Origin: an uncultured bacterium | GTDB taxonomy: Bacteria > Krumholzibacteriota > Krumholzibacteriia > LZORAL124-64-63 | Length of the DNA: 64,000 nt | Assembly: GCA_963732385.1 (NCBI GenBank) | Contig: CAVSZB010000004.1 | Coordinates: 128,001-192,000, forward strand | Direction of reading: 5' to 3' | Part shown: piece after piece, positions 41,763-51,852 of the stretch | Position numbering within the stretch: the first letter of the stretch is position 1 | How the letters are laid out: each line of letters begins with the position of its first letter | The notes under the pieces: generated by a model | The model's database searches: none | The model's input: the letters and a program-made list of their open reading frames with translations, nothing else | Told to the model about the DNA's origin: nothing | Position numbers and translations under genes: made by a program

Positions 41763-42476
41763 TTGCTGGTCTTGGATAAGGATGCGCTCCGGCGCAGGAT
41801 CACCGATCTCATAGAGAGTGAACTCGCCGCGGTCGGGTATGAACTGCTCGATGTGCGACTGTTTACCGGCGGTGGCCGTCTGCACGTGCGGGTATTCTTG
41901 GATCGCGAGGGTGGGATCGGGCTGGATGGTTGTGTCGCGGCGGGCCGGACGATCGGAATGCTGCTCGAAGAGGCGGCGTTTCTCGGCGAGGCCTATGTGA
42001 TCGAAGCCTCGTCGCCCGGTGTGCGGCGACCTCTGCGACTGCCGGCGCATTTCGCGGCGGTGATCGGGCAGCGGATCGAGTTGCGCGTCGGCCGGGGGCG
42101 GCAGACGACGCGGCGCGGGGTGCTGCTGGAGGTCGGTCCGGAGGGGTTGCGCCTACGCGCCGAGGCCGGTCCGGCGGCGCCGACCGGGGACGACGAGGAA
42201 GCGGATGCGGCCGGGGCTGTGGGTGAGACACCGGTTTTGACGCCGGTCGTGCTCCCCGACACGCCAAAGGCGGCGGAGGCGCGGTCGGAGGAGACGGAGT
42301 TTACCGTGGCGTGGGATGAACTCGCCGCGGCGAACCTCGATCCTGATTTCGACATTCAGACGCTTATCAACGCCGACCGACGGCGTCGGCGGGACGAGCG
42401 CAAGACGCGGCAGGGCCAGGCCAGGGAGGCGCGGGAGGCGCGCCTGGCGCGAAGGCGGCGTCCCAGGGCGGAGTAG
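41763..42476 (+). CDS. rimP: Ribosome maturation factor RimP
   Basis: GYEL.DV, VRVFLD..GGI.LD.C, Y.IE.SSPG..RPL....F....G; first gene before nusA; start approximate. Confidence 0.88.
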   Translation: MLVLDKDALRRRITDLIESELAAVGYELLDVRLFTGGGRLHVRVFLDREGGIGLDGCVAAGRTIGMLLEEAAFLGEAYVIEASSPGVRRPLRLPAHFAAVIGQRIELRVGRGRQTTRRGVLLEVGPEGLRLRAEAGPAAPTGDDEEADAAGAVGETPVLTPVVLPDTPKAAEARSEETEFTVAWDELAAANLDPDFDIQTLINADRRRRRDERKTRQGQAREAREARLARRRRPRAE

Positions 42477-42531
42477 GGCGGCGCGGGCGGACCGTCCGTG
42501 GCGCGCGACAGTTTTACGGGAGCGGTGCCAG

Positions 42532-44049
42532 ATGGATTACAATGTCCTTGACGCCCTGGCGATGATCACGCGGGAGAAGTCCGTCGACCGCCGGATCGTC
42601 ATTGAATCGCTTGTGGCCGGCCTGCAGTCCGCCGCCAAGAAGAAGGTGGGGGCCGATGCCGTGGTCGATGCGCGTGTCGACGAAACCACCGGCGAGATGG
42701 TGGTCGAGCAGGTGAAAATCGTCGTGGAGCAGGTGGAGGTCGCCGACGCCCAGATCTCGCTGGCCGAAGCGCAGGTCGAATTCGGCGACCAGGTCCTGCC
42801 GGGCGACGAGGTGCGCTGGGAACTGCCGCTGGAGACTTTCGGCCGCAATGCGATCCTGGTTGCCAAGCAGATTCTCGTGCAGAAGGTGCGCGAGGCCGAG
42901 CGGAATCAGATCTTCGAGGACTTCAAGGATCGCGCCAACGAGATCGTGGTCGGCACGATCCAGCAGGTGGACCGCGGGAACGTGCTCGTGAACCTGGGCC
43001 GCGTGGAGGCTCTGCTGCCGTACCGCGAGCAGATCCGGGGCGAGAAGTACCACCAGGGCAAGACGGTCCGGGCTCTGATCATCGAAGTGCTGGACAACGC
43101 CAAGGGTCCGCAGGTCATCCTCTCGCGCAGCCACCCCGGGTTCCTGAAGTCGCTGTTCGCGCAGGAGGTGCCGGAGATCCAGGAGGGCATCGTCGAGATC
43201 AAGGCGGTGGCCCGCGAGCCGGGCACCCGTTCCAAGATCGCCGTCGTATCGCGCGATGACCGCGTGGACGCCGTCGGCTCGTGCGTCGGCATGAAGGGAA
43301 GCCGCGTGCAGGCGGTTACCCGTGAACTGGCCGGCGAGCGGATCGACATCGTGCCGTGGAGCGCCGAGCCGTCCCTGCTCATCAGCCGCGCGCTCAGCCC
43401 GGCCGAGGTCAGTTCGATCGTGCTGGACGAGGAGCGGCACTCCGCCACGGTCATCGTCAGCGACGACCAGCTTTCCAAGGCGATCGGCAAAGAGGGCAAG
43501 AATGTCCGCCTCGCCGCCAAGCTTACGGAGTGGAAGATCAACCTCGTCTCGGCCCGCGAGCATCACCTGCGCCAGCGGATCACGCAGGAGATGTCGATGG
43601 AGCTTGAGGAGATGTCGGGCGTGACCGCCCGCATCTCCGGGCTGCTGGGCGAGGCCGGCATCTCCACGATCGCGGAGTTGGCGGAGGCGACCATCGGGCA
43701 GCTCGAGGCTATACCCGGCATCGGCCCCAAGACGGCCGAAGCGCTCGCCGGCACGGCCCGCGCCACGCTGGACGAACTGCAGCAGCAGATCGAGGCGACC
43801 GTGAAGGAGGAGCTGGCCCGGCTGGCAGCCGAGGAGAAACCGCTCTTCGACGAGAGCGTCTTCAGCGGGAACGAGGTCGTCCCGGATGGCACTCCGGCCG
43901 AGCCGACCGGCCCGGAGGATGTCCCGATGCCCGAGGGGAATATCTTCGCGGGGTTCGATGAGCTGGTCGATCCCGAGGGTGAGCGCCCGGCCGACGAGCC
44001 GCCGGCGCCCAAGGTCGATCCGTTCGCCGGATCGGGCCTGGACGATTGA
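42532..44049 (+). CDS. nusA: Transcription termination/antitermination factor NusA
   Basis: FGR.A...AKQ...QK.REAER, EVPEI..G, AREPG.RSKIAV, GSCVG..GSRV, AIGK.GKNVRLA; C-terminal HhH. Confidence 0.97.
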   Translation: MDYNVLDALAMITREKSVDRRIVIESLVAGLQSAAKKKVGADAVVDARVDETTGEMVVEQVKIVVEQVEVADAQISLAEAQVEFGDQVLPGDEVRWELPLETFGRNAILVAKQILVQKVREAERNQIFEDFKDRANEIVVGTIQQVDRGNVLVNLGRVEALLPYREQIRGEKYHQGKTVRALIIEVLDNAKGPQVILSRSHPGFLKSLFAQEVPEIQEGIVEIKAVAREPGTRSKIAVVSRDDRVDAVGSCVGMKGSRVQAVTRELAGERIDIVPWSAEPSLLISRALSPAEVSSIVLDEERHSATVIVSDDQLSKAIGKEGKNVRLAAKLTEWKINLVSAREHHLRQRITQEMSMELEEMSGVTARISGLLGEAGISTIAELAEATIGQLEAIPGIGPKTAEALAGTARATLDELQQQIEATVKEELARLAAEEKPLFDESVFSGNEVVPDGTPAEPTGPEDVPMPEGNIFAGFDELVDPEGERPADEPPAPKVDPFAGSGLDD

Positions 44050-44059
44050 GCGCGCGGCC

Positions 44060-44386
44060 GTGACGGACGGAATCGGGCCCCGGCTGCTCGGCCTGTTGGG
44101 CCTGGCACGGCGGGCGGGGAAGCTCGCCGTGGGGACCTCGGCGGTGGAGCGGATGATCCACGAGGGTCGGCGGCCGCTGCTGATCATCGCGAGCGACGCC
44201 GGGGAGGGACCGCGGGCGCGGTTACTGCGCCTTGCGCCGGTGCGGGCGGTGCTCGCGGATGTCGTGAGCAGGGACGATCTGGCGATGGCGCTGGGACGCA
44301 AGGAATTGACGGTGGTCGCCGTGAGCGACCCGGACTTCGTGCAGGGGATCGAGCGGCTGGCCGGGGAGGCCGGCGGCCGGAGGTGA
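44060..44386 (+). CDS. L7Ae/YlxQ-family RNA-binding protein
   Basis: LLGLLGLARRAGKL..G, IIASDA, L..ALG; between nusA and infB. Confidence 0.85.
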   Translation: MTDGIGPRLLGLLGLARRAGKLAVGTSAVERMIHEGRRPLLIIASDAGEGPRARLLRLAPVRAVLADVVSRDDLAMALGRKELTVVAVSDPDFVQGIERLAGEAGGRR

Positions 44387-44392
44387 GCCGTC

Positions 44393-47257
44393 TTGGCGAG
44401 GAAGCTCAGAGTTTACGAACTCGCGAAGCACTACGGCGTGGAAAGCCCGACCATCATGGCCATCCTGCGCCAGATGAAGGCCGAGGCGAAGAGCCACATG
44501 AGCGTCGTCGAAGATGACGCGGTGGATCGCATCCACGCCCGCTTCCAACGCGAGCGAGAGCTGGCGCGGCTCAACTATGCCCGGGCCCACGGGCTGGATC
44601 CCGAGAAACTGAAGCATGTGGCCAGCCTGCGCGAGTTGCCGCGACCGGAGCCGGCCGTGCAGGAGGAGAAGGCGCCCCCGACAGCCAGGAAGGCGCCGGC
44701 CCGGAAGGCGCCCGCGAAGAACAAGATCGTCATCATCAAGAAGGCAGGCACGCGCACGGCCGTGACGCTGGCGAAGGCCAAGGCTCGCGAGCGTGACGAG
44801 ACGTCGGCTGCCGAGCGGTCGGCGGCGCGCGATACGAAGGTCGTCAAGAAACTGGTGCGACGTTCGCTGGATCCGCCTCCACCGCCTCCCACGCCGGCGC
44901 CTCCCGAGATCGCCGTGGTCCCTGATTCGCCGGCCCCGGCGTCCGAGGCGACGACCGTCGCCGCGGCGCCGGACATGCCGGTGGATCCGGAGGCCCCGTT
45001 CGCGCCGCCGGTCGAGGCCGCGCCCGAAGTCGCCGCGTCCGAGACGCCTGCGGTCGGCGATGAGTCGGTTGCGACCGCGCCGACGGACGTTCCGGCCGAG
45101 CCGGCCAAGCCGGCGACTCCGGTCCGACGCGGCGCCCGGATCGTCCGCCTCGGCCCTGGGGCGCCCACCAAGACGACGTACAGCCACCCGCGGGCGGCGT
45201 TGATCGATCCGGGCGTGTCGGGTGAATTGCCGGTGCCGGGCGAGGTTGCCGCGGCCGGGTTGGGCAAGGACGCCAAGGATTCCGTGAAGGAATCGGTCAA
45301 GGCTGCCATCCGCAAGCGGAAGGATGCCAAGGCCCAGGAAGAGGCGGAGCAGGTCCTGCGCAAGCGGGTCCGGCATCGCCGCAAGAAGATCGACGAGGCC
45401 GAGGTCGCCAAGAACGTCAAGCAGACGCTGGCGCAGATCGAGACCGGTCCGGGGCGTCGCCATCGGGCTCGCCGGTCGGATCAGGCGGAAGAGACGGTTG
45501 AAGAGGGAGATCTGTTGCGCGTGACCGAGTTCATCACTGTCCAGCAGATGGCCGAGAAGCTGGAGGTGCAGGCTCGCGACGTGATCGGCAAGCTGTTCGC
45601 GCTCGGCATAATGGCCACGATCAACCAGCGGCTTGACCACGACCAGATCGAGCTGGTGGCGTCGGAGTTCGAACGCGACGTCGAGTTTCTCGGCGAGGAT
45701 GACGAGATCCTGGCGGAGGAGGAGATCCAGCCCGAGGATCTGGTTCACCGCGCACCGGTAGTGACGGTCATGGGGCACGTCGACCACGGCAAGACGTCGT
45801 TGCTCGACACCATCCGTCGTACCAACGTGATCGCCGGCGAGGTGGGCGGCATCACGCAGCACATTGGCGCCTACCGCGTGGAAACACCGGGCGGGCCGAT
45901 CACCTTCCTCGACACGCCGGGCCACGAGGCCTTCACCGCGATGCGCGCCCGCGGCGCCCAGGTGACCGATATCGTCATCCTGGTGGTGGCGGCCGACGAC
46001 CGGATTATGCCGCAGACGGTCGAGGCGATCAATCATGCCAAGGCTGCCGGGGTGCCGCTTATCGTCGCCATCAACAAGATCGACCTGCCGTCGGCGCGCC
46101 CCGAGCTCGTGAAGCAGGACCTGCTGCAGCACGGCATTGTCCTGGAGGACTTCGGCGGCCAGGCGCTCAGCGCCGAGATCTCGGCCAAGAAGAACATCAA
46201 CGTGGACAAGCTGCTCGATCTCGTGCACCTGCAGGCGGATGTGCTCGAACTCAGGGCGAGTCCCAAGGGCCACGCGCGCGGCACGGTCGTGGAGGCTTCC
46301 AAGGAACCGGGTCGCGGCGTCCTCTTCACTGTGCTGATCGACAAGGGCACGCTGAAGGTCGGGGACAATTTCGTGTCCGGGATGCAGGACGGCAAGGTGC
46401 GTGCGCTGCATGACGAGCGCGGTGACGCCCTGCAGGAGGTCGGTCCGGGTGAGCCGGCGGTCATCATGGGCGCCAACGATGTGCCTGAGGCCGGCGACCG
46501 TTTCAATGTTGTCGAGAGCGAGCGCGAGGCCCGGGACATCGCCACGCGGCGCCGCACCCTGCAACGGCAGCAACAGCAGGCGCGGCCCAAGCGTCAGGTC
46601 AACCTGGACAACCTCGCCGCCATGATCAGCAGCCAGGCGCTCAAGGAATTGCCCATCATCGTCAAGGGCGATGTGGCCGGTTCCGTGGAGGCCCTCTGCG
46701 ATCAGTTGATGCAGCTGAACACGGAAGAGGTCCAGATCAAGATCGTCCACAAGGCGGTGGGCGCGGTCACGGAATCGGATGTCCTGCTGGCCGCGAACAC
46801 GGGCGCGATGATCGTCGGGTTCCATCTGCGTCCCGGCTCGACCGTGCGCGAGAAGGCGAAGCAGGAGGGGGTGACGATCGAGGTCTTCGACATCATCTAC
46901 GAGGCCGTCGACACCCTGAAGAAGGCGATGGCCGGCCTGCTCGGCACGATCGAGCGCGAGGTGCCCACCGGCTCGGCGGAGGTCCGTATGGTCTTCACCA
47001 TCCCGAAGACCGGCCAGATCGCCGGCTCGTACGTCACCAACGGTTCGATCCTGCGCAACTCTCGGGCGCGACTGGTGCGCAGCGAGGTCATGATCTTCGA
47101 GGGCAAGATCAACTCGCTGAAGCGGTTCAAGGACGACGCGCGCGAAGTCCAGACCGGCTTCGAGTGCGGTATCGGACTCGAGAACTTCCACGACCTGCAG
47201 CCCGGGGACGTCATCGAGACCTACCGCATCGAGGAGATCGTCCGCACCGAGTTGTAG
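44393..47257 (+). CDS. infB: Translation initiation factor IF-2
   Basis: RVYELAK N-domain, [47 protein letters not shown]. Confidence 0.98.
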   Translation: MARKLRVYELAKHYGVESPTIMAILRQMKAEAKSHMSVVEDDAVDRIHARFQRERELARLNYARAHGLDPEKLKHVASLRELPRPEPAVQEEKAPPTARKAPARKAPAKNKIVIIKKAGTRTAVTLAKAKARERDETSAAERSAARDTKVVKKLVRRSLDPPPPPPTPAPPEIAVVPDSPAPASEATTVAAAPDMPVDPEAPFAPPVEAAPEVAASETPAVGDESVATAPTDVPAEPAKPATPVRRGARIVRLGPGAPTKTTYSHPRAALIDPGVSGELPVPGEVAAAGLGKDAKDSVKESVKAAIRKRKDAKAQEEAEQVLRKRVRHRRKKIDEAEVAKNVKQTLAQIETGPGRRHRARRSDQAEETVEEGDLLRVTEFITVQQMAEKLEVQARDVIGKLFALGIMATINQRLDHDQIELVASEFERDVEFLGEDDEILAEEEIQPEDLVHRAPVVTVMGHVDHGKTSLLDTIRRTNVIAGEVGGITQHIGAYRVETPGGPITFLDTPGHEAFTAMRARGAQVTDIVILVVAADDRIMPQTVEAINHAKAAGVPLIVAINKIDLPSARPELVKQDLLQHGIVLEDFGGQALSAEISAKKNINVDKLLDLVHLQADVLELRASPKGHARGTVVEASKEPGRGVLFTVLIDKGTLKVGDNFVSGMQDGKVRALHDERGDALQEVGPGEPAVIMGANDVPEAGDRFNVVESEREARDIATRRRTLQRQQQQARPKRQVNLDNLAAMISSQALKELPIIVKGDVAGSVEALCDQLMQLNTEEVQIKIVHKAVGAVTESDVLLAANTGAMIVGFHLRPGSTVREKAKQEGVTIEVFDIIYEAVDTLKKAMAGLLGTIEREVPTGSAEVRMVFTIPKTGQIAGSYVTNGSILRNSRARLVRSEVMIFEGKINSLKRFKDDAREVQTGFECGIGLENFHDLQPGDVIETYRIEEIVRTEL

Positions 47258-47269
47258 GCGGGGGCGGCC

Positions 47270-48676
47270 ATGACGACGAGTCCTTACAAAGGCGTGAAAC
47301 TCAACGCCTCGATCCACAAGACCCTGGCCGAGCTGTTGCAGCAGTCGGCCAAGGACCCGCGACTCGAAATGGTCTCGATCGTCAGCGTGGAGCTGAACCG
47401 GGACCGTTCGGTGGCCAAGGTATTCTGGTCCACTCTCGGCGCCGACGGTGAGCGCGAAGCCTGCGCGAAGGCCCTGAGGCGGGCGCGCGGTTTCCTGCAG
47501 AGCCGCCTCGGCGACATCCTCCGGCTGCGCGAGACCCCCGAACTGCGCTTCTACCCGGACGAAACGCTCGATCGCAGCCTGGGCGTGGACGAGGTGCTGC
47601 GCGAACTGGCCACCCGGGGCGAGTTCGAAGACGAGGCGGCTCGTCGACGTCGGCTCGTGCTGGCCGATCTGGTCCCGCCCGCCGACCTGCTCGCCGCGCT
47701 GCGCCGGGCGGAGCGGCTCTGGCTCGTGCCCCACTGGAACCCCGATCCTGATGCGATGGGGGCCTGCCTCGCCCTCGCCGGCGCTCTGCACGCCCTGGGC
47801 AAGGAGGTGCGGGTGTTCTCCTACCCCGATCCGCCGGCAGGGTTCGCCGCGCTGCCGGGCCATCCCCGGCGGACCACACCGGCCGCGGAGGCCGCCGGTC
47901 TGCTGCTGTCCGCTCCGCCCGACACGCTGCTGATGCTCGACTGCCACCGGCGTGAGCGGGCCGAACCGCTGGCCGACGTGCTCGCGCACGTGGCAAACGC
48001 CTGGACCATCGACCACCACCTCACGAGCGGACGGCGGCAGGCGCTGCCGGGCTGGATCGAGCCGGTGGCGGATTCGACCTGCACTCTGGTCTACCGGGTG
48101 ATCGAGGAGCTGGCGCGCGGCGATGCGGCGGGTGACGGCGGCTTCACGCCCGATCCCGGCATGCTGACGAACATCTACGCGGGGATCGTGAACGACACCG
48201 GAGGTTTCCGCTTCCCGAGCACCCTGCCGCTCACCTTCGAACTCGCCCATACCCTCGCCCGTGCCGGGGTGGACACCGCCGCCGTGACCGAGGCGACCCT
48301 GCATCGTCGCTCCCGCGCGGCCACCGCCCTGCTGCAGAAGGTGCTCGCCAGCTACACGTACCACGCCCGCGGCCGGGTTCTCACCCTGCGCGCGGATCTC
48401 GCGATGCTGGCCGAGACGGGGGCCGTGGCGGCCGACACCGAGGGGATGCTCATGCTGGCAAGCGCCGTCGAGGGGGTGGCGTTCGTGGTCTTCCTCAAGC
48501 AGATCGAAGCGGATCGCTGGCGCGCCTCCCTGCGTGCCCCCGGCGGTGGCGACGTGCAGATTGCCGCCGCCCGCTTCGGCGGCGGCGGACACCGGGCGGC
48601 GGCCGGCTGCACGCTGGTCGGCGAACCGGACGCCCTGGAGCGCGAACTGGTGGACGCTCTCCTGGAGCAGTTGTAG
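47270..48676 (+). CDS. rbfA: RbfA fused to DHH/DHHA1 phosphoesterase (NrnA-like)
   Basis: N-terminal ~115 aa are RbfA (KDPRL, V.L..D.SVAKVF, LRETPELRF..D); then HWNPDPD, LDC, IDHH, DTG.F, GGGGH.AAAG in one uninterrupted frame. Confidence 0.9.
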   Translation: MTTSPYKGVKLNASIHKTLAELLQQSAKDPRLEMVSIVSVELNRDRSVAKVFWSTLGADGEREACAKALRRARGFLQSRLGDILRLRETPELRFYPDETLDRSLGVDEVLRELATRGEFEDEAARRRRLVLADLVPPADLLAALRRAERLWLVPHWNPDPDAMGACLALAGALHALGKEVRVFSYPDPPAGFAALPGHPRRTTPAAEAAGLLLSAPPDTLLMLDCHRRERAEPLADVLAHVANAWTIDHHLTSGRRQALPGWIEPVADSTCTLVYRVIEELARGDAAGDGGFTPDPGMLTNIYAGIVNDTGGFRFPSTLPLTFELAHTLARAGVDTAAVTEATLHRRSRAATALLQKVLASYTYHARGRVLTLRADLAMLAETGAVAADTEGMLMLASAVEGVAFVVFLKQIEADRWRASLRAPGGGDVQIAAARFGGGGHRAAAGCTLVGEPDALERELVDALLEQL

Positions 48677-49744
48677 GTGGCATTACGCGACGGTGTCCTG
48701 CTGCTGGACAAGCCGGCCGGCCCGACCTCCTTCCAGACCGTGGCGATCGCGCGCGGGGTGCTCAGGGCCGCCTGGGGCGGACCGCGGCCGCGTGTCGGGC
48801 ATGCCGGCAGCCTCGATCCGCTCGCCACCGGGCTGCTCTTGGTGATGGTCGGCGCCGCGACCCGCCTGTCGCCCTGGCTCATGGGGCTCGACAAAACCTA
48901 TCTCCTGACCGCCCGCTTCGGTGTCGGCACCGATACGCTCGATGCCGACGGAGCCGTGACCGGGCGTCTGCCGGTCGACCGCGGCCCGGAGGCGCTGACC
49001 GCCGCCCTGGCCCGCTTCCGCGGCGGGATCGACCAGGTGCCGCCGGCCTATTCGGCGCTCAAACGGGACGGCGAACGCCTGTACAAGCTGGCGCGTGAGG
49101 GACGCGAATTGCCGGAATTGACGCCACGGCGGGTGCGGATCGACCGGCTGGACTTGCTGGCGACGCGCTGGGGCGTCACACCTGACCGGGTGGACGCGCC
49201 GCCCGCTCCGGCGTTGCCTGCCGTCTCTGCCGAGATGGACGCCGGTTTGCCGCGGCCGTCTGACTGCCTGATTTACGAGGCCGATCTCGTGGTCGATTGC
49301 ACCAGCGGTACCTATGTGCGGGCCCTCGTGCGCGACCTTGCCGCCTTCCTCGGCACGCTCGGGCACGTACGCCGCCTGCGCCGGGAGCGGGTGGGCCCGT
49401 TCGTTGTGACCGACGCCGTCCCGCCCGACGCGCTGCGCGACGCCGCGGCGCTGGTCGGTGGTCTGCGCGCTCCGGCCGCCGGGATAGCGCACCTGCCGGA
49501 GGTGCGACTGCGCGTGGAAGAGGCGCGGGCGGTGCGCCACGGCGCGGCGCCCGAGCCGGCCTGGCTGGCGCGGTTGGGGCGGGCGCCGTGGGAGGATCCC
49601 AAGAGCGGCGACCAGTTCTTCACGCTGCTGGACGAGGCGGGAGAGTTGGCGGCGGTCGTCACGCGTCGCGCCAGCGGCGGGGCTCTGCGCCTGGCGGCGG
49701 TGTTTGCCGCAGCCGGTGCTCCGGATCGGGGGAGGGCGGCGTGA
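48677..49744 (+). CDS. truB: tRNA pseudouridine(55) synthase
   Basis: LLDKP.G.TS, VGHAGSLDPLATG, Q.PPAYSALK..G, CTSGTYVR.L.RD. Confidence 0.95.
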   Translation: MALRDGVLLLDKPAGPTSFQTVAIARGVLRAAWGGPRPRVGHAGSLDPLATGLLLVMVGAATRLSPWLMGLDKTYLLTARFGVGTDTLDADGAVTGRLPVDRGPEALTAALARFRGGIDQVPPAYSALKRDGERLYKLAREGRELPELTPRRVRIDRLDLLATRWGVTPDRVDAPPAPALPAVSAEMDAGLPRPSDCLIYEADLVVDCTSGTYVRALVRDLAAFLGTLGHVRRLRRERVGPFVVTDAVPPDALRDAAALVGGLRAPAAGIAHLPEVRLRVEEARAVRHGAAPEPAWLARLGRAPWEDPKSGDQFFTLLDEAGELAAVVTRRASGGALRLAAVFAAAGAPDRGRAA

Positions 49745-50826
49745 AGCTGATCCACCTGACCGGGACGACGATCGACGAACTGCTCGGCGGCCGGCTCGAT
49801 GGTCGGCATCCCGACGCCGCCCCCTGTGCCCTCTCGCTCGGCGCGTTCGACGGCCTGCACCTCGGCCACCGGCGGCTGATCGCAACGGTGCGCGAGGCGC
49901 AGGCGCGGCTCGGTCTGCCGGTCAGCGCGCTGTTCACTTTCCGCCATCACCCACGGCAGTTGCTCGATCCGGACGGGGCGCCGGCGCTGTTGACGCCGTG
50001 GCGCGAGCGGCTGGCGCTGCTGGACGGGCTCGGTCTCGATCTCCTGGTTGCCGCCGACTTCTGTCCCGCCCTCGCGCGCACGCCGTACGACGACTTCGTG
50101 CGCCTGTTTCTCGTGGGGCATCTTGGCCTGCGTTACATGGTGGCGGGCCACGACGTGCATCTCGGCGCCGGACGGGGCGGTAACGCCGCCACCCTGGCGG
50201 CGCTCGGTCCGGTGCTCGGCTACGGCTTCGAGGAGGTGCCGGTCCTCGAGGTGGACGGGCGGGTCGTCAGCAGTTCCGTCATCCGCCGCTGTCTTGCCGC
50301 CGGCGACGTGGCGGACGCAGCCGTCCTGCTCGGTCGCCCTTACGCGCTCTGGGGCGAGGTGGGTCCCGGCGACGGTCGTGGCGACACCATCGGTTTCCCA
50401 ACCGCCAACATCACTCCGTTCGAAGCGCAAAAACTCCTGCCGGCGCCCGGAGTCTACGCCGTCCGGGTGCTGGTGCCGGCTGATCTCGCGGCTCGCGGCG
50501 CGGCGTGGGGGGCCGACTCCGTTGTACGCGCGACCCCCCCCTCCACGGCGGCGGGTGACGAGTACGTTGTCGGTCCCGCGACCGCCTGGCGCAGCCTGCC
50601 CGGCATGCTGAATTACGGCTGTGCTCCGACCTTCCACGCCGGCGGTCTCGATCGTCCCCGGGTCGAGGCGCACCTGTTCGACTTCGCGGGCGACCTGCGC
50701 GGACGCACCGTGCGCATCGATTGGATCGCCCGTCTGCGCGACGAGCGCCGATTCCCCGGCGTCGACGCTCTCGTCGCCCAGCTTGCCCACGACCGCGAGG
50801 CGGCCCTGCGCGCGCTCATCGACTGA
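49741..50826 (+). CDS. ribF: Bifunctional FAD synthetase/riboflavin kinase
   Basis: LG.FDGLHLGH, VSSS.IR, G.GRG..IGFPTAN, P..GVYA, PTF, VEAH.FDF, LR.E.RF. Confidence 0.93.
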   Translation: MKLIHLTGTTIDELLGGRLDGRHPDAAPCALSLGAFDGLHLGHRRLIATVREAQARLGLPVSALFTFRHHPRQLLDPDGAPALLTPWRERLALLDGLGLDLLVAADFCPALARTPYDDFVRLFLVGHLGLRYMVAGHDVHLGAGRGGNAATLAALGPVLGYGFEEVPVLEVDGRVVSSSVIRRCLAAGDVADAAVLLGRPYALWGEVGPGDGRGDTIGFPTANITPFEAQKLLPAPGVYAVRVLVPADLAARGAAWGADSVVRATPPSTAAGDEYVVGPATAWRSLPGMLNYGCAPTFHAGGLDRPRVEAHLFDFAGDLRGRTVRIDWIARLRDERRFPGVDALVAQLAHDREAALRALID

Positions 50827-50856
50827 CGCTCTTCCATCGCCCGCACATTTTCTCGT

Positions 50857-51852
50857 CTATAGGTCGGCGATCGCGATTTCGCGCCGTTGGCGGTGGGATC
50901 GGTAGCAGGCGGCGACGATTTCCAGGGTGCGCAGGCCGTCCTGCGCCGTGACCGGCGGCGCGGGGCGCCGCAGGTCGCGCGCGTTGGCGAGCCAGTCGCC
51001 CAGCACGAGCGGCAGGGTGGGGGAGGCGGCCGACACGTCGTCCGTCGTTATCTCGCGCCCCCGGATGACGCGCAGACCGCCGAACTGGTAGTCGGCCAGA
51101 AGCTGACCCTCCTCGCCGACCGCTTCGAGCAGACAGCCGCGCGTACGGCCGAACTTGCTCACCTCGAAGGAGACCAGCGTGCCATCGTCGAGTTCGGCGC
51201 GGGCAAGGAAGAGATCCTCGCAGGCGTGGTTGCGCCAGCTTCGCTGGCGGGAGTCCACGGCGACCACTTCACGGCCGGTGAGGAACCGCGCCAGATCGAA
51301 GATGTGCACGCCGGTCAGCAGGACCGAGCCGCCGCCCGCCGTCGCCGGATCCTGCTGCCAGGCGAGCGCTGTCGGCTCGAGCCGTTGCGCCAGGCGCACG
51401 AGACGCACCGGGCCGAGCGTCGGCCAGAGCTGTCGCGCGCGCCGCACCACCGGATTCCAGCGCAGGGTCTGGGCGAGCATGAGGGGCGGGGCGCCGCTCG
51501 CCGTGCCGTCGGCGTCGAGCCGCGCGAGGGCGCGCGCCTCGTCGAGGGTGGCGGTGAGCGGCTTTTCGAGCAGCAGCGGCTTGCCGGCCGCCAGCACCGC
51601 GCGCGCGAGTTCGAAGTGCGAGGAGGGGGGCGTGGCCACGATTACACCATCGACGTCGGCGGCGTCGATCAGGCGCGCCGCGTCGGCCTCGTAGCGAACG
51701 CCGGTTTCCCGCGCGAGCGCCTCGCCGGCTGCGCGGTCGCGCCGGCAGAGGGCGGTGGGGCGCAGCCCCGGCACGTCGCCGAGCGCGTGCCGGAGGTAGC
51801 GCCCCCCGTGAACGCCGGCGCCGATGACGCCGACACGCAGCGGTGTCGCCAT
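50857..51852 (-). CDS. Gfo/Idh/MocA-family NAD(P)-dependent oxidoreductase
   Basis: VGVIGAGVHG, ATPPSSH, AGK.LLLEKP, GGG..L..GVH.FD. Confidence 0.88.
   Translation of the reverse strand: MATPLRVGVIGAGVHGGRYLRHALGDVPGLRPTALCRRDRAAGEALARETGVRYEADAARLIDAADVDGVIVATPPSSHFELARAVLAAGKPLLLEKPLTATLDEARALARLDADGTASGAPPLMLAQTLRWNPVVRRARQLWPTLGPVRLVRLAQRLEPTALAWQQDPATAGGGSVLLTGVHIFDLARFLTGREVVAVDSRQRSWRNHACEDLFLARAELDDGTLVSFEVSKFGRTRGCLLEAVGEEGQLLADYQFGGLRVIRGREITTDDVSAASPTLPLVLGDWLANARDLRRPAPPVTAQDGLRTLEIVAACYRSHRQRREIAIADL

Noticed and set aside
44222..48592. 1456-aa minus-strand ORF, and similar long ORFs at 18242-20854, 35742-38327, 55336-58479 and 58319-60361
   Set aside because: Antisense shadows of well-supported genes; expected in high-GC DNA, with no recognisable motifs.
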